Program-made: the position numbers and the translations under genes | Shown: positions 40,128 to 48,825 of the stretch, piece by piece | Layout of the letters: the number at the start of each line of letters is the position of its first letter | How positions within the stretch are numbered: the stretch's first letter is position 1 | Notes under the pieces: model-generated | Seen by the model: only the letters and a program-made list of their open reading frames with translations | Told to the model about the DNA's origin: nothing | The model's database searches: none | DNA from: a virus | Taxonomy: Duplodnaviria > Heunggongvirae > Uroviricota > Caudoviricetes | Direction: 5' to 3' (one strand) | Length of the DNA stretch: 64,000 bases | Virus record (IMG/VR): IMGVR_UViG_2565956726_000008

Positions 40128-40469
40128 CTATTCTTTTTTTGCGGTATAGACTTTTTCGCCTGAGAAGTCTGGAGCTACCCAAAAGTTAATATTAAACTGA
40201 GCATCATCGCTTAGTTCAACACGGTGCCAGTATTGTGGTGGGCTTGTTGCAAAAGCGCCAGCATTAATGACTACTTTTATCTCCGGTTCAGTAGCATTCT
40301 CATCAGCAAAACCATAATATGTTACAGTACCTTCCATCACGCATAACTGTCCAAAAACACCTGCTGCTGTATTATGATGTGTTAATAACGCTGAAGGTAC
40401 GTTCTCTTTTGTGAAGAACGGAGTTGAGCGTTTGATTACCCAGTCTTTAGGAATTCTCTTGTGTGTCAT
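40128..40469 (-). CDS. cupin-fold protein (DUF1971-like), cargo gene
   Basis: 113 aa from MTHKRIPKDW; beta-rich composition; isolated minus-strand gene flanked by AT-rich DNA. Confidence 0.45.
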   Translation of the reverse strand: MTHKRIPKDWVIKRSTPFFTKENVPSALLTHHNTAAGVFGQLCVMEGTVTYYGFADENATEPEIKVVINAGAFATSPPQYWHRVELSDDAQFNINFWVAPDFSGEKVYTAKKE

Positions 40470-41336
40470 AACCACCTCCCATAAAACATGCATTATAAAT
40501 GCACCTTTTTGAGGGTTATGTCAAGCTGTTATGAAACACATAATTGATATGTTGATTAGAGGAGAAGATAGAATCAATATGGTTGTTTTTCGTATAACTA
40601 TTTGTTTTACTTTTAGTTTGTGCATTCTGTGTGTTAGGAATAACTTATTAAAGTTTAACTAAAAAATCTCGATATAGTCCGCATAGATTACTGTTACTGA
40701 ATCTTATTGTGTGCATTAGTTGTGTTCTGAAATTTCAATTTAATTACTTATGATATATTTTTAACGATAAATGTTTTCCGGGTGAAAGACAGTGGGGGAT
40801 GAGATAAGCAATATATCATTAATCTTGATTATTTCCAGGATGCCTTTACTGTGCATATAAATAAATCATATACGCATCAAATAATGTAAAGGCATCCTTT
40901 TAGATATATCTTATCAAATGTTAATGATTTGAGTGGGAAACATGATTCCAGAAACTAATCATGCGGCTACTTTATAAAAATAATGCCCATATAAAACAGC
41001 CAGCGAAAAGGATTACGGATAAAAAAGGAGCGAGATGTGCATAGTTGTTATTTTCCATGTTTAACCACCTTAAATAATTGATGATGACGGGATGTGCATC
41101 TGTAATGCTTTTGTTGAAATGTTATGATAAAAAAGAACTTTTTCATAACATTAAAATGTAATTTATCTAATCGTTTTTAATAATAAGTGTTGTATTTCTA
41201 TCCTTGTATCAGCTATTTGATATGTAGTGTTTGTTCATGTTATGTGGAGCTTTACACCATAGCCAGTTTATTTATACTTTATTCGTCAGCCTGAACAACT
41301 GGCATCTGCTGCACTGCGCCATCGAGAGATTGAGAA

Positions 41337-41936
41337 ATGGCGCATATACAACTGGTCAAACAAACCTCTTCTGGACTACTTCTCCCGGCGACGCCGGAGA
41401 GTTGCGATTTTTTGCATCAAATCAAAATAGGCGAGTGGATACACGCAGACTTTAAGCGTGTGCGTAACTACGCATTCCACAAGCGTTTTTTCAAACTCCT
41501 GCAACTGGGATTCGATTACTGGACTCCGGTCGGTGGGGCGATCACGCCTCGCGAACGAAAGCTGGTTTCAGGATTCGTTGATTACCTATGTGAATCAGTA
41601 GGCCGGGAACATACGCCAGCTCTGAGCGAAGCCGCAGAGCAATATCTGAATACAGTTGCGACACGCAGAACCCGGGATACGGCATTGCTAAAGTCGTTTG
41701 AGGCTTTCCGCGAGTGGGTAACCATTCAGGCCGGATTTTACACCGAGCATCTTTATCCTGATGGTAGCCATGGGCGTCGGGCGAAATCCATCGCTTTTGC
41801 GAATATGGACGAAACCGAGTTTCAGCAGGTTTATAAATCTGTTCTGAATGTGCTGTGGAACTGGATTCTGTTCCGTAAATTTTCCTCTCCGGAACAAGTC
41901 GAAAATGTGACCGCGCAGCTGCTGGAGTTTGCGTAA
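41337..41936 (+). CDS. DUF1367-type lambdoid late-region protein
   Basis: 199 aa; position upstream of Q as ydfU-like genes in other lambdoid prophages. Confidence 0.45.
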   Translation: MAHIQLVKQTSSGLLLPATPESCDFLHQIKIGEWIHADFKRVRNYAFHKRFFKLLQLGFDYWTPVGGAITPRERKLVSGFVDYLCESVGREHTPALSEAAEQYLNTVATRRTRDTALLKSFEAFREWVTIQAGFYTEHLYPDGSHGRRAKSIAFANMDETEFQQVYKSVLNVLWNWILFRKFSSPEQVENVTAQLLEFA

Positions 41937-42226
41937 TGGTGGATTTACGTAAAGCGGCGCGGGGGCAGATGTGCACCGTCAGAATTCCTGGCTACTGCAA
42001 TCACGATCCGGAAACGTCTGTGCTGGCGCATTACCGACTGGCGGGAACGTGCGGAACAGCGACAAAACCACACGATATGCAGGCGGCGATTGCCTGTAGC
42101 TCATGCCACGATCTAATCGACGGGCGGGTAAAAACCAGCGATTACACCAAAGAAGAATTACGCCTGATGCATGCAGAAGGTGTTTTTCGCACACAAGAAA
42201 TCTGGAGAAAGGAGGGATATTTGTGA
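41936..42226 (+). CDS. small Cys-rich zinc-binding protein (DUF1364-like)
   Basis: 96 aa with CxxxxxxC and CxxC pairs; ATG overlaps previous stop. Confidence 0.45.
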   Translation: MVDLRKAARGQMCTVRIPGYCNHDPETSVLAHYRLAGTCGTATKPHDMQAAIACSSCHDLIDGRVKTSDYTKEELRLMHAEGVFRTQEIWRKEGYL

Positions 42227-42765
42227 TTTACCCAACGAATACAGGAAAAAGCGGAGAACACCTTCGTCTCGCCACGCTGGAAAGTGTCTGGATTCAGGGC
42301 AAACTGCGTATGTGGGGGCGCTGGTCGTATATTGGCGGTGGCAGGTCAGGAAATATGTTCAATCAGTTGTTGGCATCCAAAAAATTGACGAAAACAGCCA
42401 TCAATGAAGCCCTGCGCAGAATGAAAAAAGCGGGAATAGAGAAAGCTGAGCTGGAAGCGTTTTTGCGAGAGATGATCAACGGCAAGCAAAAGAGCTGGCT
42501 GGCGCATTGTACTGATGCAGAGGCGTTATGTATTGATCGAGTCATAAGTGAGGTGCTGGCAGAGCATCCTGGATTGATTAGTGTCCTCCGGCAACGGTAT
42601 GAAGGACGGGGGATGACTAAGCGCAAAATGGCTGAATTGCTAAATGATGCACATCCTGAGTGGTGTTTTAGCACATGCGAAAAGCGAATTGCTAATTGGT
42701 TGGCTGTTGCTGAGTATGCCCTATATATTCCCATGCGAGAATCATTTGCTCAAAAAATAGCTTGA
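42223..42765 (+). CDS. late-gene antiterminator Q-like protein
   Basis: 180 aa from GTG overlapping upstream stop (GTGA); followed by promoter-plus-terminator arrangement typical of P_R'-tR'. Confidence 0.55.
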   Translation: MIYPTNTGKSGEHLRLATLESVWIQGKLRMWGRWSYIGGGRSGNMFNQLLASKKLTKTAINEALRRMKKAGIEKAELEAFLREMINGKQKSWLAHCTDAEALCIDRVISEVLAEHPGLISVLRQRYEGRGMTKRKMAELLNDAHPEWCFSTCEKRIANWLAVAEYALYIPMRESFAQKIA

Positions 42766-42850
42766 TTTTTTACGCATAAACTGCTTCAATTCCGGTATGC
42801 TTCGCAAAGCTGTATCGCGAGGCGAACCAAGCGCATGAACTTTACCAGAA
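42766..42850 (+). promoter_or_regulatory. candidate late promoter P_R' / qut region
   Basis: Inferred from position between Q stop and tR'-like terminator; hexamers not confidently assigned. Confidence 0.35.
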
Positions 42851-42877
42851 CCCGCCATTGAGCGGGTTTTGTTGTTT
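42851..42877 (+). terminator. tR'-like intrinsic terminator
   Basis: Hairpin cccgc-cattga-gcggg followed by TTTTGTTGTTT. Confidence 0.5.
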
Positions 42878-42986
42878 CTGGTACTGGTGAACCTGATGTT
42901 TCATTTCTGGAGCGCGATTCCTGGCGGAATACCTAGAATCGAGACATTCTGGTAAAATTGTTTTCAGTACAGGATGTGGAGGTGAG

Positions 42987-43556
42987 ATGAGAGAACTACC
43001 TAAAGATTATTTTTTAGGAGTAGATGATGAGCTCGTCGATTATCTTGAAAAACAAGGGGAAGAGACGATACGAGAGATTCATCTTTCTAACAAAACCAAT
43101 GTTGAGAATGGATACAAACTTCTGAACATTCAGATTGTTGGAATTGGTTCATCTTTTTTATTGCTGACACAGAAAACTAATTTCGATTTTCTCACCGCCG
43201 GAATTACCACATTTACATTACTATGGACATGGTGCGCCATTTACTTGGTATGTACTGGTTTATCTGTGAAGGTTAGGGGCCTGATCAATGCCCCTCCTGA
43301 TCATATATATCATGAAAAATATAAGGATATGGAGCCCTCGAGCTTTAAAATATTCGCTGATGCAGGATATTTAGGACCTGATAAGTTATTGCCGCTTATA
43401 CGAAGGTATCGCCTTGTTGACTTGAGTGATACAGCAAGAGAGTTACTGTTGGAAAATGAGAAAATCCGCACGAGTCTCGATAAAGCAAGGATGTATACCA
43501 TCCTTGCTCCGGTAGCGGCGATGTTTATCTCGGCTGTTTTTTTATATGTTCAATGA
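42987..43556 (+). CDS. membrane protein of unknown function (moron between Q and holin)
   Basis: 189 aa; GGAGG RBS; two central hydrophobic helices and a C-terminal TM. Confidence 0.5.
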   Translation: MRELPKDYFLGVDDELVDYLEKQGEETIREIHLSNKTNVENGYKLLNIQIVGIGSSFLLLTQKTNFDFLTAGITTFTLLWTWCAIYLVCTGLSVKVRGLINAPPDHIYHEKYKDMEPSSFKIFADAGYLGPDKLLPLIRRYRLVDLSDTARELLLENEKIRTSLDKARMYTILAPVAAMFISAVFLYVQ

Positions 43557-43686
43557 CTGAGTCGGCAGAATCTCCAACAAAAACACGACGTGTAGCAAAG
43601 TCTGTAGTACTTTGTGTTGGAGTTGGTTTTGGTGCCACGGGTTGCTGAGGTTTATTTTCACCTTGTGGTTTGTTTTTTTCAGACAT
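43525..43686 (-). CDS. small Pro/Gln-rich protein convergent with the membrane-protein gene
   Basis: 53 aa from MSEKNKPQGENKPQQPVAPKP; AGAGGA RBS 5 nt upstream; overlaps the 3' end of 42987..43556. Confidence 0.35.
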   Translation of the reverse strand: MSEKNKPQGENKPQQPVAPKPTPTQSTTDFATRRVFVGDSADSVIEHIKKQPR

Positions 43687-43903
43687 AAAAATCCTCTTTG
43701 TTTGAATTGTTACTTTTGGCGATTTAACGATATCAAACACGAGTATATACCGCCAGAAGCTTAATCTGGCACTCCATCTGGCCCCGGCATGTCCCGGGGC
43801 TTTTTCGTTGTTAGGCTCTGGAAACATCCTCGACTTCTTGTTAGCAAGCCTGAGAGCCTGAATCTTACACTTAGCACCATCCGAACTCTCGGAGGTGAGG
43901 CTT

Positions 43904-44245
43904 ATGAAAATGCACAATGCCCCTCATTCCTGGCCTGACTTACTGGAACTCTTACAAAGTTGGTGGCGTGGAGATACGCCGCTGGGTGCAGTGGTTATGT
44001 CAATTATTATGGCTGGTTTGCGCATTGCCTATTTTGGCGGTGGCGGCGGCTGGAAACGAAAAACGCTTGAGATTCTGCTTTGTGGTGCTCTGACGCTGAC
44101 CTTTGCATCCGCGCTTGAGTATGTCGGATGGCCTAAATCACTTTCTGTTGCCATTGGTGGTGGGGTGGGGCTGATTGGTGTTGATGCTATTCGTGGTGCG
44201 GCAATGAGGGTCATCGGTAACAAGTTCGGTGCCCATAAGGAGTAA
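43904..44245 (+). CDS. holin with dual-start motif (Met-Lys-Met)
   Basis: 113 aa from MKMHNAP; TM segments; immediately upstream of endolysin. Confidence 0.75.
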   Translation: MKMHNAPHSWPDLLELLQSWWRGDTPLGAVVMSIIMAGLRIAYFGGGGGWKRKTLEILLCGALTLTFASALEYVGWPKSLSVAIGGGVGLIGVDAIRGAAMRVIGNKFGAHKE

Positions 44246-44248
44246 TTA

Positions 44249-44725
44249 ATGCAGACACTTAATTCCCAGCGTAAAGCTTTCCTTGATATGGTGGCATGGT
44301 CAGAAGGAACAGATAACGGACGGCAGAAAACCAGAAATCACGGTTATGATGTTATTGTCGGTGGCGAACTGTTCACTGATTACTCCGATCACCCCCGCAA
44401 ACTTGTCACGCTAAATCCGAAACTCAAATCAACAGCCGCTGGACGTTACCAGCTTCTTTCACGCTGGTGGGATGCCTACCGCAAGCAACTTGGCCTGAAA
44501 GATTTTTCTCCAGAAAGTCAGGATGCTGTAGCGCTGCAGCAGATTAAAGAGCGTGGCGCTTTGCCGATGATTGATCGCGGTGATATCCGTCAGGCTATCG
44601 ACCGTTGCAGCAATATATGGGCTTCACTGCCGGGCGCTGGTTATGGTCAGTTCGAGCATAAGGCTGACAGTCTGATTGCAAAATTCAAAGAAGCTGGCGG
44701 AACGGTCAGAGAGATTGAGGTATGA
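44249..44725 (+). CDS. R: endolysin, lambda R-type lytic transglycosylase
   Basis: 158 aa, near-identical to lambda R as recalled ([32 protein letters not shown]). Confidence 0.9.
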   Translation: MQTLNSQRKAFLDMVAWSEGTDNGRQKTRNHGYDVIVGGELFTDYSDHPRKLVTLNPKLKSTAAGRYQLLSRWWDAYRKQLGLKDFSPESQDAVALQQIKERGALPMIDRGDIRQAIDRCSNIWASLPGAGYGQFEHKADSLIAKFKEAGGTVREIEV

Positions 44726-45186
44726 GCAGAGTAACCGCGATTATCTCCGCTCTGGTTATCTGCATCGTCGTCTGCCTGTCATGGGGTGTTAATCATTACC
44801 GTGATAACGCCATCGCCTACAAAGAACAGCGCGACAAAAATGCCAGAGAACTGAAGCTGGCGAACGCGGCAATTACTGACATGCAGATGCGTCAGCGTGA
44901 TGTTGCTGCGCTCGATGCAAAATACACGAAGGAGTTAGCTGATGCGAAAGCTGAAAATGATGCTCTGCGTGATGATGTTGCCGCTGGTCGTCGTCGGTTG
45001 CACATCAAAGCAGTCTGTCAGTCAGTGCGTGAAGCCACCACCGCCTCCGGCGTGGATAATGCAGCCTCCCCCCGACTGGCAGACACCGCTGAACGGGATT
45101 ATTTCACCCTCCGGGAACGACTGGTAATGATGCAGGCCCAACTTGAAGGTGCTCAGCAATACATAACCGAGCAGTGTTTAAAGTAA
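44722..45186 (+). CDS. Rz: i-spanin Rz
   Basis: 154 aa; N-terminal TM and coiled coil; overlaps R stop. Confidence 0.9.
   Translation: MSRVTAIISALVICIVVCLSWGVNHYRDNAIAYKEQRDKNARELKLANAAITDMQMRQRDVAALDAKYTKELADAKAENDALRDDVAAGRRRLHIKAVCQSVREATTASGVDNAASPRLADTAERDYFTLRERLVMMQAQLEGAQQYITEQCLK
44942..45127 (+). CDS. Rz1: o-spanin Rz1 (embedded in Rz, +1 frame)
   Basis: 61-aa lipoprotein [20 protein letters not shown] with PPPPP tract, entirely inside Rz. Confidence 0.85.
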   Translation: MRKLKMMLCVMMLPLVVVGCTSKQSVSQCVKPPPPPAWIMQPPPDWQTPLNGIISPSGNDW

Positions 45187-45323
45187 AATCTTAACTACAA
45201 TATGATTCATTTTGATGATTGTTTCATAAGGAACAGTGAAGTAAGATCTAAGAGGAGTTAAATTTTATACAGTATAATCATAATATTGCAGCAAGGTGGT
45301 TATAATTGAAAGAATATTTAGAT

Positions 45324-46781
45324 ATGAATACATCTCATGTAAGAGTTGTTACTCATATGTGTGGGTTCCTGGTTTGGCTCTATAGTCTTTCAATGTTGCC
45401 ACCAATGGTTGTAGCATTGTTTTATAAAGAAAAAAGCCTGTTCGTTTTCTTTATAACTTTCGTTATATTTTTTTGCATTGGTGGCGGAGCGTGGTATACA
45501 ACTAAGAAATCTGGCATTCAATTACGTACCCGTGATGGGTTTATTATAATTGTAATGTTTTGGATTTTGTTTTCTGTTATTAGTGCATTCCCTTTATGGA
45601 TTGACTCAGAACTTAATTTAACGTTCATTGATGCTCTGTTTGAAGGGGTTTCTGGAATAACAACAACAGGAGCAACTGTAATTGATGATGTTAGTTCATT
45701 ACCTCGGGCATATTTGTACTATCGGTCACAGTTAAATTTTATAGGTGGTTTAGGAGTTATTGTTCTGGCGGTTGCTGTATTGCCATTATTGGGTATTGGT
45801 GGTGCAAAGCTTTATCAGTCAGAAATGCCGGGGCCATTTAAGGATGACAAACTCACTCCCCGCCTGGCCGATACGTCACGGACACTGTGGATAACTTATT
45901 CTTTATTAGGTATTGCTTGTATTGTCTGTTATAGACTTGCAGGAATGCCTTTGTTTGATGCTATTTGTCACGGGATTTCCACAGTTTCGCTTGGTGGTTT
46001 CTCAACTCATAGCGAGAGTATCGGATATTTTAATAACTATTTGGTTGAGCTGGTGGCTGGTTCTTTTTCCCTGCTATCGGCTTTCAACTTCACTCTTTGG
46101 TATATTGTTATTAGCAGGAAAACGATAAAACCTTTAATCAGAGATATTGAACTTCGTTTCTTTCTGTTAATAGCCTTAGGGGTGATCATTGTTACCTCTT
46201 TCCAGGTCTGGCATATAGGTATGTATGACTTGCATGGAAGTTTTATTCATTCGTTTTTTCTTGCCAGCTCCATGCTCACTGATAATGGTTTAGCTACGCA
46301 GGATTATGCAAGTTGGCCCACGCACACGATAGTGTTTTTGCTGTTGTCAAGTTTCTTTGGGGGATGTATAGGTTCAACTTGTGGTGGAATTAAGTCACTT
46401 CGATTTCTTATACTTTTCAAACAAAGCAAACACGAGATAAATCAGCTTTCTCATCCCAGAGCGTTGTTGAGTGTAAATGTAGGAGGGAAGATAGTTACAG
46501 ATCGTGTAATGAGGTCTGTATGGAGTTTCTTTTTTCTTTATACTCTCTTCACGGTGTTTTTTATACTGGTGTTAAATGGTATGGGATATGATTTTCTTAC
46601 ATCATTTGCAACAGTGGCTGCATGTATTAATAATATGGGATTAGGTTTTGGGGCTACTGCATCGTCATTCGGAGTGCTTAATGACATTGCAAAATGTTTA
46701 ATGTGCATAGCTATGATTCTTGGTCGCCTTGAAATTTATCCTGTTATTATATTGTTTTCAGGTTTTTTTTGGCGCTCCTAA
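45324..46781 (+). CDS. trkG: potassium uptake protein TrkG
   Basis: 485 aa from MNTSHVRVV; multi-TM; AT-rich gene as in Rac. Confidence 0.9.
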   Translation: MNTSHVRVVTHMCGFLVWLYSLSMLPPMVVALFYKEKSLFVFFITFVIFFCIGGGAWYTTKKSGIQLRTRDGFIIIVMFWILFSVISAFPLWIDSELNLTFIDALFEGVSGITTTGATVIDDVSSLPRAYLYYRSQLNFIGGLGVIVLAVAVLPLLGIGGAKLYQSEMPGPFKDDKLTPRLADTSRTLWITYSLLGIACIVCYRLAGMPLFDAICHGISTVSLGGFSTHSESIGYFNNYLVELVAGSFSLLSAFNFTLWYIVISRKTIKPLIRDIELRFFLLIALGVIIVTSFQVWHIGMYDLHGSFIHSFFLASSMLTDNGLATQDYASWPTHTIVFLLLSSFFGGCIGSTCGGIKSLRFLILFKQSKHEINQLSHPRALLSVNVGGKIVTDRVMRSVWSFFFLYTLFTVFFILVLNGMGYDFLTSFATVAACINNMGLGFGATASSFGVLNDIAKCLMCIAMILGRLEIYPVIILFSGFFWRS

Positions 46782-46918
46782 TATATGGCTGATTTATAAT
46801 TGTGAGTTTAATATTATGTTGACTCACTCATTGATCCAATACCTAACTTTACCAGCAACACCTCCGTCCCCAGTAGCACTGGCTGCTGGGGTGCGTTTTA
46901 TTCATAAAGCAAGGCTGT

Positions 46919-47710
46919 ATGAGCGAGAAATTAAAGATAGTCTATCGCCCATTACAAGAATTGTCACCGTATGCGCACAACGCCAGGACGCACAGTACTG
47001 AGCAGGTGGCACAACTGGTAGAAAGTATTAAGCAATTCGGCTGGACTAATCCGGTGCTGATTGACGAAAAGGGCGAAATTATTGCGGGTCACGGTCGTGT
47101 TATGGCGGCTGAAATGCTCAAAATGGATTCTGTTCCGGTCATTGTTCTGTCTGGCCTGACGGATGAGCAGAAAAAGGCGTACCGCCTGGCAGATAATCGC
47201 CTGCCGATGAATGCTGGCTGGGATGAAGATCTGTTGCGGATGGAGCTGTCGGACCTAATCAATGCTGATTTTGATGTCTCCCTGACAGGCTTCATCCCGA
47301 CAGAAATTGATGAACTGTTGACGGATGTTTTGCCCGGTACAGGAAATGAGGAGGAGCCGTATACGACGAAAATTGATACGCCTGTTTATGAGCCGTCGGG
47401 CGGTAAACCGGATATCAGTGAACTGTACGACGATACGAAAACTCAGGAGCTGATCAGCCGGATACGTTCGGCGTCCCTTGAGCCTGATATTGAGAAATTC
47501 CTCCTGTGTGCGGCAGAACGTCACACGGTGTTTAATTTCAGCAGAATTGCGGACTATTACGCTCACGCCCCCTCTGAAATTCAGTGTTTTTTCGAGGAGT
47601 CGGCGCTGGTGATCATTGATTATCAGCAGGCTATTGAAAATGGATTTGTCCGGATGACGCAGCGCATGGTGGAGATCATGCATGGTGGTGAGGAGGAGGA
47701 ATATGCGTGA
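46919..47710 (+). CDS. ynaK: ParB-like nuclease domain protein (full-length ynaK-like)
   Basis: 263 aa; N-terminal ParB/Srx motif region (IIAGHGRVMAA); K-12 carries a short version. Confidence 0.65.
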   Translation: MSEKLKIVYRPLQELSPYAHNARTHSTEQVAQLVESIKQFGWTNPVLIDEKGEIIAGHGRVMAAEMLKMDSVPVIVLSGLTDEQKKAYRLADNRLPMNAGWDEDLLRMELSDLINADFDVSLTGFIPTEIDELLTDVLPGTGNEEEPYTTKIDTPVYEPSGGKPDISELYDDTKTQELISRIRSASLEPDIEKFLLCAAERHTVFNFSRIADYYAHAPSEIQCFFEESALVIIDYQQAIENGFVRMTQRMVEIMHGGEEEEYA

Positions 47711-48635
47711 TGATTTTTGCGCCTTTATTCTGACTCACGGGCGACCGGACAAAGTTCTGACTTACCGGACGTTGCGTCGTGCTGGCTATACCGGGAAAAT
47801 TTTTATCGTTGTTGATGATGAAGATAAGACACGGCATCAGTACATGGCTGAATTTGGTGAACAGGTGCTGGTGTTTTCCAAAGCCGATATCGCCAGTCGT
47901 TTTGACGAAGCCGATAATTTCTGTGACCGCCGCTCAATTTTTTACGCCCGTAATGCCTGTTTCGACCTGGCAAAACTGGTCGGGTGTAAATACTTCATTC
48001 AGCTCGATGATGATTATCACGAGTTCCAGTTTCGGGTGGATCGCAACTATGACCAGGCCTATTTTCCGATAAGGAAACTGGATGCGATCCTTTCTGAAAT
48101 GCTGGCGTACTACGAATCAATACCTGCTCTTTCCATCGCTATGTCGCAGGGCGGGGATTTTCTTGGTGACAATGGCGGCCATGCTTCGTGGGTGAAACGC
48201 AAGGCAATGAACAGCTTTATCTGTTCGGTTGATCGACCGTTCTCATTCATGGGGCGCATTAACGAGGATGTGAATACGTACACGAATCTCGGTCGCTGTG
48301 GTGAATTGTTTATGACGATCGGTGCTGTCCAGTTAGGGCAGAAACAGACGCAGAAAAACAGCGGCGGAATGACCGAGCTGTATCTGGATTCCGGAACCTA
48401 CGTTAAAAGTTTTTACTCCGTCATGTATGCGCCGTCGTGCGTAAAAATCTCACTGATGGGTGCCAGCCATAAACGCATTCACCATCAGGTCACCTGGAAC
48501 AACGCTGCAGTAAAAATCCTTCACGAAAAATACAGGAAGAAGACACCCTGCATATCAATGGGGGTGACAAATGATTCCGTATTCGAAAGTCGAGTCTCTG
48601 GCAGCGTGCCGGATGACTGCACAACAAATCGCTGA
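47703..48635 (+). CDS. hypothetical protein with DxD motif (possible GT-A-like nucleotide-sugar transferase; ydaY-like)
   Basis: 310 aa from MRDDFCAF; IFIVVDDEDK and QLDDDYHEF acidic motifs; overlaps ynaK end. Confidence 0.35.
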   Translation: MRDDFCAFILTHGRPDKVLTYRTLRRAGYTGKIFIVVDDEDKTRHQYMAEFGEQVLVFSKADIASRFDEADNFCDRRSIFYARNACFDLAKLVGCKYFIQLDDDYHEFQFRVDRNYDQAYFPIRKLDAILSEMLAYYESIPALSIAMSQGGDFLGDNGGHASWVKRKAMNSFICSVDRPFSFMGRINEDVNTYTNLGRCGELFMTIGAVQLGQKQTQKNSGGMTELYLDSGTYVKSFYSVMYAPSCVKISLMGASHKRIHHQVTWNNAAVKILHEKYRKKTPCISMGVTNDSVFESRVSGSVPDDCTTNR

Positions 48636-48822
48636 CGTTCTGGATGTTGATCTGAACCGACTGAAAGAAAATCGGGAAGCAATGACAGATTTTTATGCGG
48701 CCATCCGTAAGGGCAGAGCGAAAGGTGAAGCCGAGTTACGAGCGGCATTGTTTAAGCTTGCCAGAAAAGGGGATGCCTTTGCTCTGCGCGAACTACTCAG
48801 GGTGGATAAAAATCAGGACTAA
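48571..48822 (+). CDS. small HTH DNA-binding protein (packaging-region)
   Basis: 83-aa ORF overlapping the previous gene end. Confidence 0.3.
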   Translation: MIPYSKVESLAACRMTAQQIADVLDVDLNRLKENREAMTDFYAAIRKGRAKGEAELRAALFKLARKGDAFALRELLRVDKNQD

Positions 48823-48825
48823 CTG

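Noticed and set aside
42103-42222. N-terminal 40-codon extension of the Q-like ORF
   Set aside because: Extension overlaps the upstream Cys-rich gene in another frame; GTG at 42223 with GTGA stop-start overlap is the more plausible start.
42766-42986. Looked for tRNA genes between Q and the lysis cassette, as found in some Stx phages
   Set aside because: Segment is too short and shows no cloverleaf-compatible sequence; it contains only a promoter-terminator arrangement.
46720-47001. 93-aa plus-strand ORF spanning the trkG end and ynaK start
   Set aside because: Overlaps two well-supported genes in alternative frames.
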